Assembly (NCBI RefSeq): GCF_006345805.1
Contig: NC_043001.1
Coordinates: 4,588,001 to 4,652,000 of the forward strand
Source of the DNA: Octopus sinensis
Lineage: Eukaryota
Direction of reading: 5' to 3'
Length of the DNA: 64,000 nt
The notes beneath the pieces are model-generated. The model was not told where the DNA came from and searched no databases. It worked only from the letters and a program-made list of their open reading frames with translations. This document shows positions 25,722-38,301 of this stretch, piece after piece (within the stretch, counting starts at the first letter, position 1; each line of letters starts with the position of its first letter). The translations under genes were made by a program, and so were the position numbers.

Positions 25722-26830
25722 GTCTATTACATCGACCCCACTCTTCAACTGGTACTTATTTTATCGACCCCCAAAGATTGAAACGGAACTCAGTGGAATT
25801 TAAAAACCAAGCATTTCGACATAATGTTATAAAATGCCAATGGAAGACCAGTGTCACCAGTTACATGCTATGTTATAAGTAATTCACTGTCGCGTGTTAT
25901 ATATTGGCTCTGTCTAATGAAAAGATCAGCGCAAATAGTGAGTAAAAGACATTTATCAGTTCTATATTACATGTTTCAACGTAATAAAGCAGTGTATCTC
26001 TATATAATGGGGTCATAAGGGGCTGGGCGTAAGATCGGGCTAAAGCAATTATAAAAATTACTTCGTGTGTCGTGAACGAATATACTGGTTTTCTTGTTGA
26101 TGTTCATAATTTTTTTTATATATTTAACTCGATTCTGTCAGACTGCAGCCATGCTGGGCTTCACGCTTCAATAATTTTATTCTAATGAAGTGATTCGACT
26201 GCAGTACATATTCTTTTAAAGCCTGGCTCAGCTATTTCTTCCGAACACGAAATTAGTGGGGCTTAAACACACCGACACTGGTTGTCACTTGTTTAGAGGA
26301 GGTGGAGGACAAACTAATACACACACATCATTAGCTAGCCGGGCAAAATATCTTGCGGCATTTCGTGTTTTTACGTTCTGCGTTCAAATCCTACCGTAGT
26401 CGACTTTGCCTGTCATTTTTTCCGGGTGGATATAATAAGTCCCTGTTGAATGCTGATGTCATTGTAATCGTCTAAACTCCGCCCTACACTAAATTTCTGG
26501 CCCACTGCCAAAATTTAAAACCAATTATTACATATTTCACTGAAATAAGACAAGATGACAGGTTATCTGGATATTAGAGAGACATGTTGACGCAATTCCT
26601 GTCTATTCATAACACGAATGCCTATGTGAATATAGAAATATATTCGGGGGACAAGTTGGGAGACGTGAAGGCACCCCGGGCCAAATTCTTAGATGCATGT
26701 CGTCTTCCTTTACGTTCTAAGTCAAAATTCAATGGAGGCTGATGTTCCCTATCATGCCTTCGGTGTCGATTAAAGAAGCACCAGTCACGCACACCGCCCC
26801 GAAATTGATGGCTTTGTAACATAAATTCAA
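25722..26830. mobile_element. Cluster of degenerate SINE fragments (25722-25810 minus; 26140-26330 minus; 26330-26530 plus; 26655-26830 plus)
   Basis: Recognisable family A segments (actggtacttattttatcgacccc; acgttctgcgttcaaatcc; gtcgactttgcc) and a family E 3' segment. Confidence 0.6.
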
Positions 26831-27871
26831 ACGAACATCTTTACTCTCCAGGGAGAAACAAATTGACCGGATTCGCTAGTTATACGAGAGACAATCCACC
26901 GCATAGTTTACCCAACTCAATTAGTCTGTGTGAAGATACTAAAGGCGGTATGCACTGGGATCGAACTAAAAGCGACATACATGTGAAATGAAATATTTAA
27001 CAACCGATATTTCGGCACCCACGCCACAGAACTAGCTGCTCGAACATTGTGATCGTCAGCAGAGTGTAATGAACTATTCAGTCACAACAAAATCATACAG
27101 AGTAATTAATATTTTTCGTCTGGAAATGTCATATATAATTAATTTTAACGCAGCTCGAATGTCTCCTCTTTATTTAGAACTTTCAAATTATTTACGAATT
27201 CTTGACGTCTGTTATATAATTTTAACATGATATCAATTTAAAAAAATAATAAAATGTCTAAATTATTCTTTGTCTCTCTTAATTGTGTAGCCTAATCAGT
27301 GAACAAGTTACATCTTGGCAACAAGTTTAGGTCTTAACATCAACAGAAAATATTGATTGCTTTAAAATATAATATATATACGAAAGCGTTTGATTTATCT
27401 ATTAAAATGTGGCGTCAACGAGATTGAATCGTCGAATGCAATTATAACAAGTGATGATTTAAAATCTGATTCTCATCTATAGATAATGTAATGAATGGTA
27501 GGTGTATCTAGAGATAGTGCAACGAACAGTGGGACACAGATATTATTTAAAGTGAAAAGATAATTATTTCTTTCATATTTATGAAACAAATATATATATA
27601 TATATATATATATAATGTTTTAAACGGATTGGTATTTCAAAGCATTTTCAATTTGTAGTTTCTGAAACCTAAACGTGTTTTCGTAGTACACACAAAAACA
27701 CAATCACACACATACTGGGAAGCATGCGTAGGCACATTCATTCAGCGCGCAGGCATAAGTATGATGCATGAAATTTCATACGCATTTCATATGCGACTTT
27801 GTTTTTCAAATACCTGCCGCTGCATAATTCCAGTTTTCTAACGTCGTAGAGAAATGAATATTTTTCTGTAT

Positions 27872-29038
27872 TCATACATACATACATACACACATACATA
27901 CGTACATACATACGTACGTACATACATACATACATACATACATACATACATACAGGAATACACACGTACATACATACATACATGCATACATACGTACATA
28001 CATACATGCGTACATACATACATACATACATGCATACATACATACATGCATACATACATACACACACATACATACATACATACATACATACATACATACA
28101 TACACACAAACATACATGCATTCATACATACATACATACATACATACACACATACATACGTACATACATGCATACATACGTACATACATACATACGTACA
28201 TACATATATACACATACATACATACATACATATATACATACATACATACATACATACATACATACATACATACATACGTACATACATACGTACATACATA
28301 CATACATGCATACGTACGTACATACATACGTACATACATACATACATGCATACATACGTACATACATACATGCGTACATACATACATACATACATACACA
28401 CATACATACGTACATACGTACATACATACATACACACATACATACGTACATACATACATACATACGTACATACATACATACGTACATACATACATACGTA
28501 CAAACATACATACATGCATACATACATACATACATACATACATACGTACATACATACATACATACGTACATACATACATACATGCATACATACATACATA
28601 CATACATACATACGTACATACATACATACATACATACATACACACATACATACATACATTCATACATACGTACATACATACATACATGCATACATACATA
28701 CATACATACACACATACATACGTACATACATACATACATGCATACATACATACATACATACATACGTACATACATACGTACATACATACATACATGCATA
28801 CATACATACATACATACATACATACATACGTACATACATACATACGTACATACATACGTACATACATACATACATATACATACATACATACATACATACA
28901 TACATACATACATACATACGTACATACATACATACATGCATACATACATACATACATACATACATACATACATACATACATACATACATACATACATACA
29001 TACGTACATACATACATACGTACATACATGCATACATA
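27872..29038. repeat. ~1.17-kb (CATA)n tetranucleotide satellite with CGTA/TGCA/CACA variants
   Basis: Direct reading; explains all the long YIHT/MYVC ORFs in the track. Confidence 0.99.
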
Positions 29039-29054
29039 TAGAGAAGCATGTATG

Positions 29055-29165
29055 TTAGTTTGACGTTCTGGAAAATTGAGAAAGTCTTTTATGTTTCGAG
29101 CCTATGCTCATCAACAGAATGAAATGAGGAAATAAACAGAGAGAGAATCAAAGAAACGTGTTGAG
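29055..29165 (-). mobile_element. Short PLE-like element copy with degenerate hammerhead-like motif
   Basis: Minus strand att-CTGTTGA-T-GAG-catagg-CTC-GAAACATA-aaag at 29086-29121; homologous to 15285-15370. Confidence 0.6.
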
Positions 29166-29179
29166 TTCATAAATATAAG

Positions 29180-29213
<34 letters not shown>

Positions 29214-29268
29214 ATATATATATATGTAACAAAGTGCAGTTGTGGGGTTCTGCACGAGTGGAATCATG

Positions 29269-29472
<204 letters not shown>

Positions 29473-30313
29473 CAGTTGTATTTTGTCTGCCAGGTTCATT
29501 ATTTGAATTCGTATGTTGAAACATATTTTATTGTGTCAGTAGAGAGCTATTCACTTTTATTGCCTGATTATTTAACCCATTCACCGGTTCGATCTTCACA
29601 CATTGAAGTATTTTTTTAACATTCGTTGTATCTTGCAACATTTTTAAGTCTCTCTATCCGGTTCTTGGCTAAATTAGTTGCTGCTATTGGTCGGTTTTTA
29701 GCGTCGGATCGTGTGTTTGCAACATTGTCTTTTCTAATAATACCTTTAAAAGAAACACAATTTTTAACTGTCTAGCCTATACACGGTTATAAAATAAAAG
29801 GTTTTTTTTTTCGGTCCAGGTTTTGGACCAGCTGCAATTGACAAGACAACAGCCAGTTTTAAAGTTTTCTACAAATGGACATCACCCGTTTTAATCGTTG
29901 CAGCAACATACAGCAGACCACAACTACAGAGAGAACCGACAGGGCAGAAATGATATGAATGTATTTTCCAGATTAACGTCATTCACATTGGCAATCTTCT
30001 ATTATTATAACGAGAGAAATAAATCGTCGCATTTACAACTTATTCCAAACATATTGTTCTTATTTGCACACCACTTCATTATAAGTGGTGATGTATGTGC
30101 TCTTCCCTTTATGTATTTGTATATATATATGTGTGTGTGTGTGTGTGTATAAACAAGTAAATTTAATCGCCTCATTGATGCGGAAGTTCCATGTTACTAC
30201 TACTATTAAAGTGCCACATTGACGTGACGACTAACTTTACTTATTAGTGTAGTTGCTACTTACATCCCTTATTGACATTTGACAAGTAACTATTTTGTCT
30301 TCATATATATCTA

Positions 30314-30373
<60 letters not shown>

Positions 30374-30769
30374 GGGGGGGGTGTTCAATACGAAATATTT
30401 GTTGTGAATAATAATATTCATAATACAATAGTTTTACATATAAACGATTGTTTATAATCATTTAAAAGAAAGTAAGGAAATGGAGATATAGCAGTTAAAA
30501 ATATAAATATCTGCAAAATTCAAACGTATTCCTAAAAGATTAAATACCAATAATTGAAATCATTATATTAGGCAAAATCACTTCAAGGGTTTAGAAACAA
30601 GATATACCGCTAGGTTTTTCTATGTGTTGTATTTTAGAATCATCACAGCAGACTTGAAAATACAACACATAAAAAGCCTTATGGTATATTTTGTTTCTAA
30701 CTCCTTGAAGATTGTTTTCAAAATATTTATCAGCATTTCGTAATATCTAAGCTCTAAATCCAACATTTT

Positions 30770-30895
30770 GCCGGGGTTCACTTAGCTTTCTATTTTTCGG
30801 GGTAGACAAATTAAGTACCCATGAAAAACCGGTGTCGATGTGATCGACTCTACCCTCCCTCAAAATTTCAGACGTTGTGCATTTAGGAGACAAAG
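30770..30895 (+). mobile_element. 3' half of a family A SINE
   Basis: ttttcggggtagacaaattaagtacc...gtcgatgtgatcgact...aaaatttcag. Confidence 0.6.
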
Positions 30896-30995
30896 TATAT
30901 ATAGGCATATACATAAAATGTATATACATATATGTATGTACTTATATATATTTACATATAGGTGCATGTAAAAGTATATATCAATGTATATATAC

Positions 30996-31034
<39 letters not shown>

Positions 31035-31168
31035 TGTGTGTGTGTGGTGTGTGTGCGTGTGTGTGTGTTTGTATACGTGTGTGTGTGCGTGTGTATATTC
31101 GCACGCGTGTAGGGAAAGCAGTAGCGATAAAATCAGACCAACAGACAGACGAATAGCTTAGACATATA

Positions 31169-32815
31169 CAGTTGCGGCCAAAATGTTCAGAACGGCATTG
31201 TTTTCGTCAGAAAATCGGTACAATTTTATCAGAGTTGTTTTATATTATATAATTTCCACAGACAATAAATACGACTTTATTTGTTATTGTCTGAGATTCT
31301 AGTGTAATTTGAGAGGGTAATACAGAAGTTATGGATGATTTAGTGATTTACTGCAAAATCCAAGCCGGCCAAAATGATCAGAACGGTTGAAAAAATAACA
31401 AAATAATCAAAAATGACAGAGAATACTGGAATTTAATATTTAATGTGAAGCCCTTTAGCTTAAATCACACTTTGACATCTTCGACTGCATGCGGAAATTA
31501 AATTTTCAATTTCTTGCTGGGTGATCTTATTCCATTCTTCCTGAAGGGCATTCTATAATTGCTCGGTTGTTTTAGGATTTTTGGCTTTCGAACGTTCTCC
31601 TAAAATATTCCACACATTTTCAATAGGATTGAGATCTGGGCTTTGAACTGGCCAATCCATAACAATAACCTTTTCAGTCTTGAGGAAGTTCATGATCACC
31701 TTAGCCTTGTGACATGGGACATTGTCCTGCATGAATATGGGTGGTCGCTTAGTTGAATTCCTCAGCACAGGCAAGACATGATCTTTTACAAGTTGTTTAT
31801 AAACTCCTGCATTTAACTTTCCATGTAATCGCACCAAAGGGCCAACACTATCTCCAGATATCATCCCCTAAACCATGACACTTCCTCCACCGAATTTAAC
31901 ACTAGTCTTAAGGCATTTAGTCCACAATTTTTCACCTACGTTTCGACGAAAAGTAGGTTGCTCCAATCTGAGAAGTAGATGGCTCCCATCTGAGCCAAAT
32001 AACCTAAATTTAGATTCATCACTGAAATGCACCGTTTGCCATTTTTCTTGAGACCACAACACATGTTCGGTTGCAAAGGTAAGACGACACTTGTTATTCT
32101 TGGAGCTGATCAGTGGCTTCACTTCAGGTGCTCTTGCTTATAGGTCATGTTCAACTAGACGACTAGACACAGTTTTTCGAAATAAAGTTTTCTTCAGTAT
32201 AATGCTCATTTCCCGAGAAGCAGCAACAGCAGTTTTAAATCTGTCCTTTTTAACCAAGTTAACCATAGCACGATCTTCTCTCTTGGTCGTTTTTCTCGGC
32301 CTACCTGTAGACTTTCTTGCTTCACACGAACCACAATCATCGTAGACCTTAAGAATACCGTGAACAACACTTTTTGACTTGTTAACAATCTTTGCAATAG
32401 ACCCAATACTTAAATTATCTTTCTTACGAAGCTTAATAATCTGCTGACGAATTGGTAACGGAGTAAGTGACATTATATAAACAAAGTACACTGAAGATAT
32501 TCTTACTAATGTTTAGTAAACGAACCGTCAAGTAAACAAATTGAAAACATTAGAGTTCGCCGATTCAATATACTAACACACGGAGTAAAAGCAACCGTTC
32601 TGATCATTTTGGCCGCCATAGGTTTTGCAGTAAATCACTAAATCATCCATGACTTTTGTATTATCCTCTCAAATTACACCGAAATCTCAGACAATAACAA
32701 ATAATATCGTATTTATTGTCTGTGAAAATTATAGAATATAAAACTAATTTGATAAAAGAAAATATCTACTTTTCTGACGAAAACAATGCCGTTCTGAACA
32801 TTTTGGCCGCAACTG
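31169..32815 (-). mobile_element. Full-length Tc1 transposon of IR/DR type (1647 bp)
   Basis: TA at 31167-31168 and 32816-32817. TIRs 31169-31389 and 32592-32815, each with two copies of ggccaaaatg(t/a)tcagaacgg. Confidence 0.95.
31434..32473 (-). pseudogene. Tc1 DD34E transposase, disrupted by in-frame stops
   Basis: MSLTPLPIRQQII...STGRPRKTT...FSDESKF...KFGGGSVMV*G...FMQDNVPCHK...WPVQSPDLNPIENVW. ORFs 32138-32491, 31868-32122 and 31553-31864 are consecutive pieces. Confidence 0.93.
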
Positions 32816-32845
32816 TATATATATATATAAATATATGTGTGTATA

Positions 32846-33111
<266 letters not shown>

Positions 33112-33851
33112 AGAGAAAGATTGATAAATTGCTAGATAAATCGATACGGATATACGTCTGAATTCTAATCCGTCATATTTTGCTTCTTTGATCAACGGAA
33201 CCACGACTTCTTTTGAATTAATGTTCGTGGCAGAACACTTCACAAGTGATGTTCACGTGTTGCATAATTCCCCTGCAGCATCAGCAAGACACAGTATGAC
33301 AAGTGCAGAGCTTTGAATTATAGATGCAATTCATCGCACGGCTTTACATACTTTGTCAGTCTCTCTTATATGAATCATATGACATGGCACTTGTCTATAG
33401 CAAATCCTATAAAGCCAGCTGTACAGCATCTTCAACACCGAAGCATCGAAGCAAAGCACGCAACGGCCTCGTATTTTAAATACCTACATTAGGCATTGAC
33501 ACATGTCTTCGTTTATACAATACACACAGAAATATAAACAATTTAAGCTGGGAGAGGCTCAATGAATTCATATTTCATCTAGAGTTAAACAAAATATGAC
33601 GTGATTCTTCAAGAAATATTTCATTCTTGAAAATTTCTTATTCGAGCTTCTTCGACTTGCTAGATAGAATAGCCAATTAGCCGTGATAGAAATTACAGCA
33701 TTTCGACAAAAAATGGCGAAATATATATGGGACTGATATATGTACAAGGCTTTCGAATAATGCCAAACTTGTTAAACTAAAGCTTCAAAATTTGTAGTAT
33801 GTGGAACACTGCACTTAAAAAAATAGCGTATGTACATCTCTCGCACACCAG

Positions 33852-33852
<1 letters not shown>

Positions 33853-33928
<76 letters not shown>

Positions 33929-33954
33929 AATATATCTATCTATCTATCTATCTA

Positions 33955-34010
<56 letters not shown>

Positions 34011-34050
34011 AATATATCTATCTATCTATCTATCTATATATCTGTCTATT
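33853..34050. repeat. (TATC)n microsatellite
   Basis: Direct reading. Confidence 0.98.
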
Positions 34051-34100
34051 TATCTCTCTCTCAGTCTCTCTCTCTCTCTATATATATATATTATATATAT

Positions 34101-34165
<65 letters not shown>

Positions 34166-34187
34166 TATATATACACACACCGCACTC

Positions 34188-34220
<33 letters not shown>

Positions 34221-35182
34221 GTGTACACTAGATTTATATATATATATATTATATATATATATATAATATATATATATATTATATATATATATATATATAT
34301 ATTAGATTCGATTAGAGTGTGTATTAGCCTCATGAGGGGATGTTTTTTATCCAATGAAATGCTGGTTCAATACCTAGTAGTTGTTCGGGGAAAATTAATT
34401 CCCTTAAAATAATAGTTATAAGTATCCCATCATGCATTACATTTGCTTGTTCGTTCGCTTGCCTTTATGTGTTTGTGTGTGTGAGAGAGAAAGGGAGATC
34501 ACATGCATCTTTGGGGTTGGAGATGTAGGAACGCATGTGCCTGCCTACGTTTGTGTGTGAGCACGTTTCTAAAACATGAACTTGTCAGCAAATTTGTTGG
34601 TGTCCAGTTTCCTTTTTGTGATGTAACTGTTGAAAATGCTCTTTATACCAGCATTATTAAAATATATATTTTGTCCCTATTTGTATTTAAGATGAACTTT
34701 TCTGTTCTTGTTTTTGTTGATTGTTTATCTAGAAACTGAATCTGCGGAGCTAGATGAGGATGAGAAAAATCCATCGCATTAAAAGTGCTTTTTATTTATT
34801 CATCATACTTCGTAATAGGTGTGTGTGTATTTTTATGAATACTATTGTGATCTGCAAGTAAAGGAATTCAATGAGATATGTGCTGGCGTTGAAAGCTTTT
34901 GTAAAATTTAATAGCATTTTCTCAAATATTTTTCTACAACAATAATTAAGTACAACTTGCATGGAATCTTTCTTTCTCAATTCTATTCGAATCTCGAGAA
35001 ATTTTTCAGATTTTCACTAATTTACTCTTCAAATATTCTATCGAAATCAAATGTCACATTCCTTCTACAAATCGTTTAAATTCAAGCAGATACTTTCAAT
35101 GCTAGCGCCCCGGAAGTAGCAATTGTCTGTTGCCATGGGACAACCACACACTCGATGATAAGGCAATGATGACCAAGTGCAG

Positions 35183-35400
35183 GCGCGTGACTTAGTAGTT
35201 AGGACGTTAGATTATGATCGTAAGACTGTGGTTTCGATTCGGGAACCTGGCGACGCGTTCTGATTTGAGAAACAAGGAACACTTCCGTTCACGTTACTCC
35301 AAAGGGTAAACTTGAGACGGACATGGGTCCCGTCCAGGTGAGGGAGTTATATGCCATGGAAATCGTGAATCCGGCCCATATGAGATGGCATAACACGAGA
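35183..35400 (+). mobile_element. Degenerate tRNA-derived SINE
   Basis: ggcgcgtgacttagtagttagg...ggtttcgattc head resembling families C and D. Confidence 0.55.
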
Positions 35401-36465
35401 AGTTGACTTTACCTTTCCCTTTGTGATAACCAAACCTTAATCTGATCTCGCGACCCATTAGAAATAGCAACTGAATTTCAGTTAATCTTCACTACACCTC
35501 ATATAAAACAAAAAGGACAACACATTCTCTCACAGCACAATTTATTTCTTCGCTTGTGGCAGATCTAAGAGTCTTCCACTTCTTTTGTGTTATCGATAAA
35601 ATCTAAATTAAAGCTCATTTCCCTGGATATAATCAATTATCGATCTCATCATCCTTAGAACACATACTGGGCAGCAGAGATCGATACTAAATGCATTTTG
35701 GCTTTACTTGTCATAAAAAAACAGTAAATTTACTTTAAAGGAAAAGGATGCTAGTGGCGGTATCGGTTGTGTCGGCGGCGATGATGGTGATAGTGGTGGC
35801 GGGGGTGGTAAATGAATAATTTCCCTGTACACATTTTTGGGGAAATTCAGCATTTCGTGGTCTATTTCAATCTAATAGAGTACGAAATACTCTATTGGGT
35901 AGGGACTTTTATAAAATGACTTTTTGAGACACCACCCACGCTTTATTCTCAGTGATATGGACATAATTAATGTTAATTATGACTCTCAAATGAGGACCTT
36001 TATTATTACCTAATAGAACCCGTGTAAATTCTACAGAATTGAAAAAAAATACAAGAATCTATTCAAGAAAGAAAAGATGATACGCATTTTTATAGCATTC
36101 ATAGTTTAGCCTTCTTAAATATCCTTGAAGTTCGTCTATATTCATTTCCTCATGTCTTTGTCAGTGTTGACTTTTCGCTCTTTCTATTATATCTTCTCGC
36201 TGTTCCCCTCTGATGGTGGCGGGACAAACACAGACACAAACACACACACACACACGCACACACATATAGATAAATATATGATGGGCTTTGAGGTAGTGGT
36301 GATGCTAGCTGGTGCGATTTTGTGGTTGCTAGTTTGCCGAGAGAGATCCAGTGCTCAATCATATGGATACAAACATACACATACATGCGCACACTAACAC
36401 AAACGCATACCTAGAGAGAGAGGCAGACAGACAAACAGAAAGTGTCAGTCTACTACGAAGTCTTC

Positions 36466-36496
<31 letters not shown>

Positions 36497-37649
36497 CGTA
36501 ACAGTGTCTTTGCCACGGAATTATTTTCGTCGTCTTCAGAAATGAAATTGTCATCAAATATTTGCTGGATGTTAGCATCTTCTGAGTTAAGTATCTGCTG
36601 TCTCTCTCACTCTCTCTTTCTCTTTCACATGCTTTGTGTCCCTCTTCTCTCCCGATTTAACACTGGGTATATGTATCTACTTCTTTTGCGATGAACACCG
36701 TCACCACTCCCTGTCTCTTTTACCCTCTCTCTTCCTCACTCTCTCTCTCTCTTTCTCTTAGGTCCTCTTTGAAACGTTTAAAAAGACGGCGTTCCTTCGA
36801 TATAACTCGACAAACTCAACATTTCGCAACATTTCACTTCGGGTATTTCCGTGATAGTTGCTGAAATGAGAGGAGGAGAAGAAGAAAGCTAAGAGGTTGA
36901 CTATGCATGCTTGTTCTTGTATGTGTCTGTGTAAACTCTGTTTTTTGCTTGGAAATTTGCCGATTTTTCATACACACATGAAGCAGGTAAGAACAAATAT
37001 GCAAGGCTTTTTTTCTTCAAGTTTAAAATGAGACATTGCTGGCATAATTTCGTTATATCTATATTCCACAACACATAAAATCAGAACAGGCACGCAGAGA
37101 GACACAGACAAGAAGTAAAAAAACGGACACACAACCCTTTAGCTTTCTCCTCCACTTCCCATTTCAGCAACTCTCACGGAAATACCCGAAGTCAAATGTT
37201 GTCAAATGTTGAGGTTGTCGAGTTATACCGAAAGAACGCCAAAAAGACAAAATGAATGCCGTCACCACTCACTGACTCTTTCACTCTCTCTCTCTCTCTC
37301 TCTATTTGTCTCTTACACACACTCTCTCTCGCTTTATCTAATACTTCCTCTCTCTCTCTCTTGCTTTGCCACTTCTTTGAAGTGTGACACACACAGCAGG
37401 TACGTACGAAAGCCAAAAGTAAGCGTTTTAATGATTGATGATGAGGATGAATGAGGTAGGCACGATTATTCACTCGAAGAATTTTGCGATAAAGAAAAAT
37501 AATGACATACGTCGAGGATATTGACAAAGCCCATGACTGGCACTTCCTTCTATCGACTCAGAATGACAAGGAACGAAGTTGACATCGGCCGGCTTTGATC
37601 TCCGGGTTTAGTAACAGTAAATACATATCTGCAAAGCAAAATGGAATAT

Positions 37650-37817
37650 ATAGGAGTAGGAGTGACTGCGTGCTCAGAAACTTGCATACCAACCACATGG
37701 TTCCGGGTTCAGATCCACTAGGTGGCACCTTCGGCAAGTGTCTTCAACAATAGACTCGGGCCGACCACAGACTTGTGAGTGGATTTGGTAAACGGAAACT
37801 GAAAGAAGACGCCCGTC

Positions 37818-37909
<92 letters not shown>

Positions 37910-38159
37910 ACGTATGTGTGTTTGTATGTGTGTATGAATGTATGTGTGTGTGTGTGTGGTATGTGTGGTGTATGTTGTGTATGCTTACGTCTCTATGTTT
38001 GTCCCTCCAACATCGCTGCTCTGCTTACGTCAAGGTAACTTAGCGTTTCGAAATAAAACCATCGGTAGAATAAGTACTAGGCTTACAAAGAGTAAGGCCT
38101 CGAGTCGATTTGCTTGTTTCACTCAGTCAAATTGAGCGTAACAAGTAAAAGAAAACAAA

Positions 38160-38160
<1 letters not shown>
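37650..38160 (+). mobile_element. tRNA-derived SINE (family E) with internal TA/TG microsatellite
   Basis: Head ...accaaccacatggttccgggttcagatccc..., body gtgagtggatttggtaaacggaaactgaaagaag, internal microsatellite, 3' part gtttgtccctccaac...gaataagtactaggcttacaaag. Confidence 0.8.
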
Positions 38161-38217
<57 letters not shown>

Positions 38218-38220
38218 TTA

Positions 38221-38262
38221 GAGACAAAACCTGTAAATTTGGATTTATTCCCTAATATTTAT

Positions 38263-38266
<4 letters not shown>
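38221..38266. mobile_element. Internally deleted derivative of the 12067-12306 element
   Basis: gagacaaaac (matches 12082-12091) joined directly to ctgtaaatttggatttattccctaatatttattatta (matches 12269-12305). Confidence 0.75.

Positions 38267-38301
<35 letters not shown>

Noticed and set aside
27738-29063. Long ORFs of 270-395 aa (YIHT/MYVC repeats)
   Set aside because: Stop-free read-through of the (CATA)n satellite; the same applies to the YI, VC, poly-K/L/S/F ORFs elsewhere.
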